DNA of 64,000 bases from Glycera tridactyla (Eukaryota), in assembly GCA_965644265.1 (NCBI GenBank), contig OZ286462.1, positions 44,268,001 through 44,332,000 of the forward strand. Reading direction: 5' to 3'. The translations under genes were made by a program, and so were the position numbers. Positions 41,084 through 54,290 of the stretch are shown piece by piece. How positions within the stretch are numbered: the stretch's first letter is position 1; every line of letters begins with the position of its first letter. The notes below the pieces were generated by a model. That model made no database searches. It was not told where the DNA came from and worked only from the letters and a program-made list of their open reading frames with translations.

Positions 41084-41514
41084 GCATCAGCTCATTCCAA
41101 TTGAAAACAGATCAATGTGTATCAAGGTTCATGACTAATTGGTAGGTCTTAGGTTTTATACCAAGGAAGTCGAGGTAAATCAATCTCGAGACGGCACTCA
41201 TACATCCCAATCAGCCACTTTTATCGTGGGGAAGAGGAGGCAAGGAGTGCTAAAACTTGCCAGAATTATTGCAGTCATGCAGGCAATTCCAATGGGCCAA
41301 TTTCTACTTGTCAAGCTAGACAGACGAGCGGAGATAAAACACACTAGTTACTATTTATTACTGAGCAATGCACAATATTTATCCAATGTAAACAGCAAAT
41401 ATCAACTGTGGATGCTTGTATAAATATTTGAAACAAATAAGAAAATTGATAATGATGGAAATCTGGGACTTTTCAATCTGCCAAAAATTGCTGGTGCTCT
41501 AACTTTAACATCAG

Positions 41515-41558
41515 CCATCAAAATGGAATCATCATGGAAGGATGAGATGGAAATTAGG
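41515..41558 (+). CDS. Candidate exon IKMESSWKDEMEIR
   Basis: Branch-like ctaac, acceptor tttaacatcag, strong donor AGG|gtaaga; ends in phase 0, compatible with 42684. Confidence 0.3.
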
Positions 41559-42683
41559 GTAAGATTTATTGCTGATTATCACCAAATATCCCATCAGATT
41601 TGGAGTGTAATGAGGAAACCAATAAATTATGCTTCTTTTCTGTGATTACCACAACCCATGTGGTAGGGATGCCATGTAATTTGTGAAGCACAAAGCCAAT
41701 TCCTGATTTCTATTTTTTAAAGTGTGTACTTGGGAAAAGTGCCGAAAATGATTTTCCGTAGCTAAGGTTGCCCACCACTGACATCACCAATCTACAGAAT
41801 AAAATGGGTCAAGCTCATTTACAGAAAAAAAAACAGACCTGTCTCAGGTTTTTCGAGGATTGCTTTACATATAGGGAGCCACTGGCCAATGGGAAAGAGA
41901 GACAAACAGAAGAGAGGTGTCGCACATGCCATCCATTTTGCACACCAAGAATCCGCTTTGAACTGGGACAAGGGCTGGCAAGTTCTCCCAGCAATACACC
42001 AGCAGGTTCTACACAAGTCATGTGATCTGATCCTAGCAATAAGATCATGTGACGATGCAAACACTTGCATTCGCCACTTGCAGACGAAAGGGGCTGGGTG
42101 ATGTCCTGAAAGCTTCTATGATGACCTTTGAACCTCACTGTGAGTATTGAGAAATATTCCACATTATGTGAAACGGTGGAGTAACAAAAAGTGGAGGTCA
42201 ATGTACTGATGGTTGCCACATCATTTTGGATGGACGATATCAAGCGTGAAGCTTGCAATTTATGGGGCATTCTCTCGTACAAAAGCCATTCTCTCCTCCA
42301 TTCACCGGCCTTTCATACCATGTTCGAGATTCAGACAGGTCACTTTATGGCATGTCAGTTGCCAATCTGGTCCCCCATCAGCATTGTAAAAACTCTGGGT
42401 ATCACATCAATACCTATCACTGGTCAGCATATATGTATTAAAACTTAAAAATCATGGTGACCGATTTGCTGGTTGATTGATTGGTTGGTTGGTTGGAAGC
42501 TGACAGCATATACAACTATGGAATTATAGTTGATTCTTCATAATTTAACACATTGGTTGGGTATTCTCCAAACCTATTGCATTTCTTTGTTTCAAGTATT
42601 GTGCTTTGCTCAAAATGAAGGCTTGCGTGTCAGCTTCCAGCCAGTGACATAAGTTATGAGATGTCAATAATGGTTCTATACAG

Positions 42684-42871
42684 GCTCATGTGTGGCATGA
42701 GCTCACAGCCCACTTAAGCAAATCAAAAACAGCGGGACTTGGAAACGGGTATGTCCCGACAATGACTGAGTCTATAAGCCAAGACCCAATTGGGAATGAT
42801 TTTGTTTTACATAATGATGATGATGAAGAGCAGGAAAGGTTTCATATTTATCCCATTTCTGTGGATGTCAG
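42684..42871 (+). CDS. Best candidate exon, unknown protein (AHVWHELTAHLSKSKTAGLGNGYVPTMTESISQDPIGNDFVLHNDDDEEQERFHIYPISVDV)
   Basis: Acceptor ttctatacag, donor CAG|gtataa, 62 open codons with protein-like composition and an acidic patch; no TE motif recognised. Confidence 0.45.
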
Positions 42872-44081
42872 GTATAAAGTGGAGATACCTGGAAGTGAAG
42901 GCAGACACGAGCATTCAGATCTACCATGAACAAAGACATACCGCTGGTTGCAGCCTTCACATCTCACTGTTGTAATGCACTTCTGTACTCGTTTCATAAA
43001 GAAATGTATCTGACTGTGCCAATATCCTGTTGAGGAGTGATACACATCAAAAAGAAATGAGATGATTTAATTGTTACCCAACTGCATGATCTCCGAATGA
43101 AATTCGATTGGAGGTAGGAAAAAATGCTGATGTAATCCTCAACTATTAGGTCAACCAGTGGAAGTTGGAATGAGCAAGCCTGTGATGAGAAATCACATCA
43201 GACGAACAAGCAATTTTTTTCTGGCATACTTTCCTTGCAAGGGAATCAAATTCTGAGGAATTTAGAGTGTATACTGGGTGCAATTTTGGCACATAACGAA
43301 AGACAATTTGTGAAAGCAATCAATGCCCCACAAAACAAGAAATTTCCACAATTTTCGTCTACCACCTGACTAGCAAAAATGCTGACTGACATATGGTAGA
43401 CAGTGATGGACAAGCAGTCTGGGTGCAAAAAAAGCAAAAACAAAGGCCACTTCCTGGCCCAGTGGGTGGTAAGGTGTGGATGTCACCCTCTTTATTCATA
43501 AAGTGGGGCAGATCAGTTTACCCGGGACCTCAGCTGGAGGTTTACATATCAGGAATAGGAAGCTACTGTGTTTATTTGTTATTGTCGGGAGGGCATTGGA
43601 GGCTAGAAAGCAATGCTGCAGGTGCTTCACAGCTGAGCACGCCAACCGAAGAGCTCCTACCGCAATCTCTCGACTTCCACTCCAGATGATCCAGGGCACT
43701 TTTCACTAAGAATGATCATTTGCCACATCGGGATTCTTTAGCTATGAACATTTTCTTCAACTACAGTGGGGAGACAGACTAAGATGCAGACACATATGCA
43801 CACTACAGAAATACACACACACACATACACACACTTCTTCCAAGCTGAAGTTCAGCCCATCTACAAAAACCACCATCAGTCAAATCAAAAAGTGGCATGT
43901 GTAGACAGGTGGCTTTGCTAGAGAGGTTGTTACTGTATTCCCTCAACAAGACTTTTGTAAGCAAGTTGCTTTGTATAGTGGTGGTCCCTCTAGCGGAATA
44001 GACTGTAACTGTATTTTCGATCGAATCTGCCTTGCTGATTGCCATGTACTTTCAAGAAAGATGTCAACTTGCATGCAATGT

Positions 44082-44248
44082 CAGGGCTCTACGTTGAACA
44101 TAATATTCAAGAGCCTACTGGCGACATTTTTGGTAGCCAGTCAATACATGGCCAATTACAATCTCTGACCCTACCTTTTAATATCTGGTAGCCAGAGGGT
44201 AAATTTGGTAGCAAATTGGCTACCCACAGGTAGCAACATAGAGCCCTG
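44082..44248. mobile_element. CAGGG-ended non-autonomous DNA transposon (hAT-like MITE)
   Basis: 15-bp TIR CAGGGCTCTA(C/T)GTTG; flanks aatgt / gatgt (4 of 5 match); partial relative at about 38748-38784. Confidence 0.8.
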
Positions 44249-44893
44249 GATGTATCTTCCTCATAGAGATACATGAACATCCTCTAGATATGTATGACAG
44301 AAGCCCGAGAAAGCCCGAGAGATAATGCTGAAATCATACACATACCTTGACTGGCTATACAATACTGCAATCAGTGTCTGCCATCCAATCAGATGCCTTG
44401 GCACAACCACAGGTCAATCAATATGGCCAACAAATTGCCAGCTCAGTGACCCTAGGGTCAATGTGTTATCCTATTGCTGTATCTATTCTAATTAGTGCCA
44501 AGGTGATATGTGACAGTAGTTCCTCAAGCAGGTGCTGTTGCTATGGTAACCATTTTGCTTGTGGCATCACAGTATGTCCACTCTCCTACTCTCATGTCTT
44601 CAGGCACACTTAGCTTGTTGAATTGGAGTAAAGATGGTGACATATCCTACAGGGATGAATCATTATAAAGGACCTCAAGAACCCAGAAGAACCAGTATGT
44701 CATCCCCCCCCCCCCAAAAAAAAAAAAAAAATTACAGTGTTATATATAGTAATATTGAGGCAAAGTTATAAGTCATTATTTTCACAAGATCCCAAAAAGC
44801 ATGTTTTCATTCATCAACCATATAGTTAGAACCAATGCTCAATGGATAAAATCACTGAGGGCAACGGCTAGGTGATCCTGAGTTATGCACATA

Positions 44894-45052
44894 CAGTAAA
44901 ACCTGCTATAGTGAAATCCTGTCTACAGTGAAAAGAAAAATCTGGCCCAAACCTTTTTTTTTCACTATAATTGACCTGTCTATAGTGAAATCCTGTCTAC
45001 AGTGAAAAGAAAAATCTGGCCCGTGATTTTTCACTATAGACAGGTTTCACTG
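44894..45052. mobile_element. Tc1/mariner-type MITE with internal duplication
   Basis: Ends cagtaaaacctg / caggtttcactg, TA on both sides; tatagtgaaatcctgtctacagtgaaaagaaaaatctggccc occurs twice. Confidence 0.85.
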
Positions 45053-45997
45053 TACCTTGAAGTCTAAAAAGATTCTACAGTCAAACCTTCCCTAATCACC
45101 ACCTCTCTATAGAGACATCCCACCTATGAAGGTCACTTTTTGATGCAACTGAAGGTAGCCCTTATGGAAATGATCAACTGTATGTCCTTTTTTCCCCAGA
45201 AGATCCCAGAGAAAAGTGTTCTGGAAAGAAGTGTTTGCTCTTTGGCAGAGTAGCTTTTCAGGAGTTTCACTTGATGGGTTTCGATATGGCTTTGACTGGG
45301 TTTGAACATGTGGTGAAATAGTACTGGTGGAGTTATTAGATCCGGATAGAAGATCATCCCCAGTGAGGCACCAGTGGATATACAAACCTGGGCTGCAGAC
45401 AGATTTAGATAATAATCTAAATGATATAATCCCACCTTGGGAGTTACGGAAAGCCTCAAAATCACTCTCGGTGTAAGCCCTTCAGCTCTGCCTACAGCTG
45501 ATGCATCATCCACAAACATATACTGGCTGTTCTTGATTTCACAGAAAGATTAGATTTAGAGGGGCATTTGACTGGAGATTAAGTATACCTGAGGTAATAG
45601 CTGCATTTATATCCTCATGTTTTTCCTGACTCACTGCTTTTTTTCTCTACAAATTATAGAAATTGTAAGGAATCTCAACCAAGGGAGTAGCCTCCTGAAT
45701 ACTATGTCTGAAAAAATCCAGTTCTATATGTCTCAAATTGCTGATATGTTGCCAGTGATTTGCAGAACTCATCAAAGTTGAGGCAACCCGTTGATTTCAG
45801 GAAATGATATCTGATCTGATAAGCTGAATGTGACTATCAAAGAATCAAATAGAAATACGAAAGTTATTTGCCATTTGCTTCGGACAACTATAGTGTAATC
45901 TGTATTTAGTATGTTTGCAACAATCCGATATGTCAGAATAGAATGCTATCAATATGGCGAGTTTATAATTAAGAATATGTTCCTTTTTTTTCCAAAT

Positions 45998-45998
<1 letters not shown>

Positions 45999-46047
<49 letters not shown>
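45999..46047. repeat. (GT)n microsatellite
   Basis: Read directly. Confidence 0.95.
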
Positions 46048-46051
<4 letters not shown>

Positions 46052-49000
46052 TGAGTGTGTGCATGTGTGTTTGTGTCAGCGTGTGTTGTGCTATCATAGA
46101 TTCATCCCAGACTGCTAAAATTTACCCAGGTGTGAAATAGGAGGTGGGAGTGTTATAGGATTTCAGTTGCTGGATGTGTGGGCGCATCCAAAGAGTAATC
46201 TGAAAATGGCATATTGGCAGTTGGGAATAAATAGCCAGATACCATGAATCCATGCAGTAGAGTTCCCATGGGTGGTTGCATATCAGTCCCATTTCAAAGT
46301 GCTCAGGGCTGAGATTGGCACTCAACCGAAAACACTGAAAACCTCTCTGGACCAACAAACCACGACTGCTAATACATGGCTACCATATTTTGATACAAAC
46401 TCTACCCTTGAACTAATTCTGGTCCAATTTTGATGATCTAAAAGCCAGGATAATCAGCATAACGTGCTCCATTTTGCAATATGTATGGCTTGCTGCATTT
46501 GTCATGAGAAACATGGAAATTTGTGGATCGGCGGAACAATTTCATTCCTGAATGCTTGGTGTCCCTCCTCTACTGTATGATGTTGTTTCAAAGGTGTATG
46601 ATTAGTGACTACATGCATACTCAATGTACTATATATGTCACCCACACCACTCATCTACACTGTAAATGATGCAGCCTTTCAAAAGCTCTATTTTTACCCA
46701 AATATTATGAATAGTCAAGAGCACCCCACACACCAGTATTGTCTGGAGCGCTGAATAAACAGCGTGCCATCACAATGAGCTCTATAGCAGAAAGCCTTTT
46801 GTGTTGTCACAATGATGATGGAACCAGACATGTCCTGCCATCTATGTCCTAAATAGGATTCACCTGCATCAGAGATGGCTACGAGGATGACACCAAGTAT
46901 TTTTTGTCGGTCAAATATGCTGCAGAAATGTGGTCTTCCCAACATATGGTCTCATGTATTACTCACTAGTCACACTATATCCAGATGATATGTTATTATT
47001 CACTACAAAACTTATGTTAAAACTGACAACAATATTTCAATTTAGCCATTCTCCCAAATCTCTGAGAGACAGAATTTGGTTTCTGGACAGAGAAAAGCCC
47101 AAACTGACTCTCCCGATGGTTTCCACTCTTACAACAAAAACCCAATTCCTTGTGAGATGACTTTGCAATTACCTGCACATTTTTGATTCTGAGGAAAGAA
47201 CCCAAGCAAATGATGGGTCAGTGTTACTTCAAAATTTTCCAGTCATGGAAGAGTGCCTGAATATTTTGTTTTGAAGACTGTGACTATGTTGGATCATGTC
47301 CTTCAATATATGCTCAGCATTATGGACACTCCCTTAAAATGATGAGAGCTATAGTGTGTGAGATCTGTCCCTTATGAATCTGAATAAAAGTGCACATCAT
47401 AAAGGACCAGTGATGCATTTCAACAAGATGATGATGCATCCCAGGGACCCCAACTGAATGTTTGGAGTGGGTCCCGCGATGCATCATATGAGTTTTGAAA
47501 TGGATAAGACAGTGTCAGAAATGATTTTCATGTCAGATAGCCATTTCATTCACAAAGACTTGTTCATGGATTAATGTTTGTCATTATATACATTAGTTTC
47601 ATCATCTCAGCTCACAGAAATTAATGGAAGTGTCATCTTCCTATTACATCCCAGGGACTCATCAGTGACTTTGCTGATGAGCCCTTCATTTGACATGCAT
47701 GAAATAAGCAGGATGTGCCCGAAAATGCATCACTGAAGGACATCATCAACATTTCAATGAAAGATTATCTGAATGTTGTTGGTGTTATTTCAACAATTTG
47801 GGAAATAATCTTCATATCAGGATAAATCACAAAAAAGAATAATATGTAATGAATTATGGGCATGGGAAAATCCCCCTTCATTCTGCATAGTACAAGAGTC
47901 AAGGATATCATGAACTTAACTGCTGTTCACAGCGGTGCCGCTTTGATAAACATGTCCCATCTGTGTAATATGCCATAATTCAAGTGCTCACTACCCACCG
48001 TTTCACACTTGAAGCATTACTCACCCATCCTGTTCAACAAAACTAGAGCACAGTGCATACATGGGAGTTTTCAACTGATACCCAACATATCTCCAGATAT
48101 CATGGCCAGGAAGATTTCAGGTAATACATCATACAAACAAGATCAAGATAAACCTAGGAATAGGATCCAAAGCTGAAGTATCACAACATTTTCTAGATTT
48201 ATGTCTGGTAGTTGAAGTGTTATGGTTGTGCTTCACAAAGTTGAACATGTCAATTACTGCCTTCATTAAAAGGCAGGAGGTCCATTCCGCTGAAACCTAG
48301 GGATATTTTCAGACAAAATGGCTTCCTCATAAAACAATGAAAGCACATATTCTAGACCTACGTTGACCTGATATTCTGGGAAATGGGCCCCTGGATTAGC
48401 GACGACATCAGAATATTGCCAGATTAAATTGCTGCAATCAAGTTGTAGTCATGATATCAAACCTGTATGACAGTGATAATATACTGCTTATAGGTCAACT
48501 TCTTTCAAAAGTACATCCCTTGTACATGGAAAATGAGGAAGTCTTTCACAATACATGGAATATTGACAATTCCCTTCTTCGGAAATATTATGCAGAAAAT
48601 GAGCCAGGCTTTCTTGGCTTTATTAAAGGGAAGAATCAACACACCTCTTCTTAGGGACCATCATACATTACAAATGTCTTTAATATTTCAATCACTGACT
48701 GTGTGCCGCCATCTACTTATTGACACAACTCTCGAATATAGGGAAATAGAGACATATAGAGGACAGATAGAGGCAGAGATAGAAAATAGTGGAGGAACAG
48801 CAGTGAAAGAAACAGGGATAGAGACAAAGAGAGAAGGCAACAGACAGAGAATGACAGGGGCAGAAGAAGATCGGTTCAAATGATCTCGCCACTGGCATAC
48901 CACCCAATATTAATTTCACTGGTTGACCATATTCAAAATATCAATTTGATTAAGAGTAGTTTCCGAAGGCAATAACTGTACATGGGATGCAATGCTGCTG

Positions 49001-49067
49001 CATGATAAGGGAATCTATATACAATATAACATATGGAGTGGCTTAGCCGAGGTCCTATTTGCTGCAG

Positions 49068-49121
49068 AGGACAAGCACATGCGAGATTGAGCACGGTCCC
49101 CGGCATCCGTGGAAGCATATT
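49068..49121 (+). CDS. Candidate 54-nt exon (GQAHARLSTVPGIRGSI or RTSTCEIEHGPRHPWKHI)
   Basis: Acceptor ctatttgctgcag, strong donor ATT|gtaagt; two frames open, one phase-compatible with 42684-42871. Confidence 0.3.
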
Positions 49122-51457
49122 GTAAGTGTATTGGTAGCAGCACTCGCAATTAGTAAGTCAATCACACACACCGACCAAATCACAGTTATTGTGTCATGTC
49201 TCTCGATTGTGCCTGGTCCTCGGCTTGTGCACCATAGACGCTAAATTCCCAGCTTTATCGGGCACTTATCGAGTATAATGTCCGATGGCGGGTCCATCTA
49301 GACAGTGTTATTGCCAAGCTGAAGTCTCGGCCCCACTACGTGACAATATATCGAATCGTCTCACCAAATGCATCCTAGGTATTGGTTCCATTAACCTTTT
49401 TAACCTATTCTCTGAAATTCGTATGCAATAAAGTGTCTTCAAGTTGAATTGGACACTTCCATTCTCACATCAATCAAAGACATTTCTCTGATATCTTGTG
49501 AACATTCAATTAATAGGTCCTATTTGGAACTGATGCCCTTTATCATGTGGAGGTATTGATAATCTGCGAAGGCAAGGTGATCAGATATAATCTCAATATC
49601 AATAGTAAATTTTCTCGATTCTCCAAATATTTTCTGTACTAAACAACTCTCAAGAATTTTGAAGAATAATTCTCAACTGTGTTAAAAATGATATCCAACA
49701 TTGATCGCTAAGCACTAAGCATTTGGAGATTCATAGCAATTCTTTCTCCAATAGAAACTTCAATATTACATCATCACATGATGCCACCCAGATCAGGGTT
49801 CTTTGTTGGTTAGGACTCACGCAAGGCAGACTGGTCCCTGGTTGTAACTTCCTTAGAGTGATGGGAATGATACAGGCTTGAAACTAGCTAAACTTGTCAA
49901 AGATGCCAGGCTGTAAACTACCACATTGAAATTTACATATCATAGGTGTATAGTTGATTCTTCTGAGCTTGCATGCCAATGAATTCCTTCTTACTGACCT
50001 ATTTGATGTGATTATTGTATATGATGAGTGAAATAGTGATGAAATGTCTATGTTGATTGTTTCACTATTCAGCTACACCTCAATCATCATTGACAATGAC
50101 AAGGACAGGGGAAATGTTTCGAAAGTGTAGATGAGGTCAAATAAAACTAATACCCTCTCTTTTGTACTGTTGTGTTTGAGCTTTTATTGGGTAATGGGTA
50201 CGGTGCATGTCATGTGTAAATAGTGTGGATGTCAGACAAGCTAATATATAGGTAACTACACTGGCTAAATACAATGAGGCAATTATGTGACTATTATAGT
50301 GGCCCATAGAAGCTCATTCACTGCACTTGTGATGTCAATATTTCCATTGAAAGTGGGATCTCTACCTGAATTCTCAAATAGTAAGATATATTAGGTGAAT
50401 GACTATGACTACCAAAGTACAATGAAAATACTATATGTTTTACCTCTGAATCTCGGATTTGAGATACATGAAATAAAGTGATGGGGGCCATCAAGGGTTG
50501 CCCTATTGCCCAGGGCAAGTGAAATTAGGGTTCAGACATGTGAATGATATGCCTACTTGGCAGAATGATGAGTTCTTTTCAGGAATATCTATATACATCA
50601 AATATGCGAGGCAAGTACATTTACTACTCAGGCAGGTTCATCTTAGTGTGAAGCCCTGGATTGAGGGTGGTCCCTCAGCAAAGGTTCTACTGCATAGCTT
50701 ATATAGGCACCCAGTATCAGTGTGTGAGATTCATAGGGTTTAAAGTGTGTCTATATGTACATATCCATGACAGTGCGGTATACACACATATATATTTATG
50801 CATACCAGCCTATATATATGCAACAAAGAGCATCTGATTAAAGGCAAACAATGCATGCTGCTTCTAAAAACCTCATCTATTAGAAATATAAACAAACTGT
50901 CTACTATTTATTCCAATTCTGACATCACTTGCCTCTCCAGCATCCCACTGCATTCAACTGAATGCTGCTACTCCAAATTTCATCCTGTCTCCTCCCCGAC
51001 ATTTCATTCCTCCATACACATTCAAACATGTAATGAATTTCGGTTCAAGGCCATGAAAAAATTGATGATGGAAGTAGTGGTTGTTTCTTGTTATTGATTC
51101 ATTCTACATTTCTATGGTATGGCCAGTGTTTTGACAATCATATAGCAACTTTAGATACCAACTACAAGACTGAATAGCAAAACATTTGGATGAAGTTTCA
51201 TTCATGAATGTTATATCTGCTGCTGAATAATTCCATGATTTTGCAGATGTCTAAAGTGAGGCAAAGATGGCATTCCATCAAGTTGAAATGTCCTTGAATA
51301 GAAGCAATATTCCTCATTACTATCAAGAAAACAGCGCAGTGAGATTGCTTGAAAACTATGGCTGAAAGTAGATGGCATTAGCACTAGCAATGTACAGATC
51401 ATATTGGGACTGGATTGCAGAAAAAAGTGCAATTGATATGGGTACTGAAGAGTATAA

Positions 51458-51650
51458 CAGGGCTTGATGCTAAGGTTTCAGCAAGATTGCCGCTTGGGCA
51501 AGTGCTCACAGAGGTGTACTTGCCCGAACAGTAAATATTCTTGCCCCACTCATTTGAAGTATACAAATATCCCTGAAATGTACTTGCCCACTGGGCAAGT
51601 AGGCATGGTAATCCACTTGTCTGAGCAGAAACCCTTCAAGTTAAGCCCTG
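51458..51650. mobile_element. CAGGG-ended non-autonomous DNA transposon (hAT-like MITE)
   Basis: Ends CAGGGCTTGA / TTAAGCCCTG, internal acttgccc/gggcaagt motifs; flanks gtataa / gtatat; partial relative ending at 50658. Confidence 0.75.
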
Positions 51651-53979
51651 GTATATATGGGCTCTGCCTTGCCAGGGAAGTTGAGTAGATGGGAAGACTG
51701 ATCCACAGGAAAAAAGACCAAAAGATTATGGGACAGATATGAATAAATGGACTATAAAATGGACTATAAATTGCAGGTAAAGATATAAAAAGTCAAGTGC
51801 ATATATTGGAGAGGGTGGACTTGAGTGTGGTGCACATGAAATCTGGAGTGCACACTAGTTTGGAGCCTGGAGTTCATGTGAAGTGCAGTGGAATAGGCAT
51901 TCACTTGGAGATTGCCAATGACTTGACGAAGGCTTGCCAATGGATACTGCATGGCCTGAGGCTAATTGGCAGGCAAACATGTCACAACAGACAGCTATAA
52001 TTCTGGGATTTGTGGCTGTCAGGTGTGTGGACACCCCTGATGCAATTCATTTGTACTAAACGCACCACCGCTAACGTTTGCACCACACAATCTACATATA
52101 AGCGCGGCTGCACTTGTAAGCACTAACTAATTTCCAAAGAAAGCATCAAAGAAATTACTGGGTCAATATTGATTTGATGACAAGATTGGCGTCTTCGCCG
52201 CGATTTATGGGGACCTTTCGGCCATGCACCGAGGCCAGAAATGCATCAGCGAGCAGAGGGCCAATCAAATAAGTGCTCTCTTCCTCCTCAGTACATCAGT
52301 CTGATGGATGAGGCTATATGGTTGGTCGATTACATAGCGGTTATATAGGTTTCAGACAGGCCACACTCGAATCATGTGAAACTGCAACGGTGAGAGTCTA
52401 AAGTTTCAACTGATTTCATTTTCAAGAATTTATTAGTCTTTTTTCTGCACATTCAAAATAGTGATGTTGATATTGATGATATGAATATCAATACAGAATA
52501 TATTCTGTAAACCATGTGTCATCAGCATCGTATCGTTATTAACAGAAAAGTGAAAATGCACAGCATCTGGATTATGAATATAAATTGGGGAAGATAAACA
52601 CCGAGTATTATAGGAATGCATGATTTGATGCTCCTGACAAGTTCACATGTAGGCTCTGATATCTTTGATTGAAGAAGAGAAATGTGTTATTTCAAGTGAG
52701 AAATGAGTTCTCACGAAACTTTGATCAAGTATGCCTTTGAACTTACATGAGCTCTTAGTTTCTTGTTGAAGAGTTTTATGAGCCTGGACAAAAATTGACT
52801 GCAATTGCATCACTTTTGATGAGTCTCAAAATTCCATGATATGTGCCAAATGATGTTGATGCAAGGGAATAGGGTTCCAAAGAAGCAGGATGAACAAGGG
52901 CTGCTCATGTTTTGGGGTTTCCAAATTTTTCAAGAGTTTGGGACTTACCCGGGTGCTATACTATGTCTTTCGAAATAGCAATGACTTTTCAAGTGTGCTT
53001 TTCATGTGAACTTTTGGAGGCACATATATATTTAGATTCTTCACATTCCTCAAACAATTGGTACATCAGAAGAGGGCTTCAATGGCCTCATCCAAGGCTT
53101 CTTGCATGAATATCTCAGTATAATGATGTGGTACCAGCAACATGAGTGAGTTTATATTTTGCTGGACACCTAGCTGTAGATGGTTGCCAAGGTTACCAAG
53201 AAATATCCATTCACTAAATGGCCTGATCAGATGGGGAGGTCACACAAATGGAAGCCATTTCACAGAAGTATCTCTGTACTCCATCTGAATTTGGATTCTG
53301 CTATGGTTTCTCAAGGTAGCCATCGCTGTTTCTAGCTCACTTCCATGTTTGTGATGATAAACACCTAATCTACAAGACTGATGGATGACCTACATCCGCA
53401 GGCCAATCAAGAAATGTAATTGGCAAATAGGTTCGGATGGTGGAGAAAGATTGACAGGCCAGGATAGAACTGACTGCATGAGAGAGTGGGAGCTGTTTAA
53501 CAATAATATGGTCACTGCCTGGCGGGAATGTTAAATACATTGCTTTGCTGTGACCATGCTAGCCGCCACCACTTACAGATAATCTATGTAGTTGACTAGG
53601 TTGATCAGATGCCATCGGGGTCATTCTGACACACACATCTTCGAGAAAGAAATAAATGACTGTACTTGACCTGGTCGATATATGTAGTCATATCATTTAG
53701 AGTCCACCCAACGCTCAGCAATGCAATGATTCTTTGAATGCAGATGATGAAGTGTGGATGCGGTTAGATCTTACCGATACACAACCAAACATTTTCATCT
53801 AGTATAGTAATATTGTCCCCAAGCTAAACCTTATTCCATGCAACTACAAGAAAATTGAATAATTGAGAACAACCCATAGAGCTCATCTTAAGTCAAATCA
53901 GGACACAATTATATGTGAACTCATTGTTGTTCCTACAAAAACATTGAAATCACAATGAATTCAACTGGTTTCCAAGCAA

Positions 53980-54290
53980 TTCCAGATTTGTGTGCCATCT
54001 TGCTGCACTGTTCGCAAATCTATGGTTTGGAACAAGGTCGAATTGAGTCTGCAATGCTGAAGGCTCAGGTAGCTGTTTCATGAAAGCAAAACATCCCTTC
54101 AATCAAAATTGTTGAAAAAGCATAAAATCCATTCAATCCATCCAGTCAATTGTCGTATCATTTCCAGATTTGTGCACCATTCTTGCTGCACTGTTTGCAA
54201 ATCTATGGTTTGGAACAAGGTCTAATTGAGTCTGCAATGCTGAAGGCTCAGGTTGCTGTTTGGCAAAGGCAAAACTGGCATTCAATCCAT
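53980..54290. repeat. Two-copy duplication, about 181-bp period
   Basis: ttccagatttgtg...gctgaaggctcagg at about 53980 and 54161. Confidence 0.9.

Noticed and set aside
42084-42139. Exon-like segment RKGLGDVLKASMMTFEPH with GTGAGT donor (similar cases 9168-9237, 10113-10147, 38054-38096)
   Set aside because: 42084-42139 is phase-incompatible with its neighbours, showing such candidates arise by chance; the others have no support beyond splice-like sites
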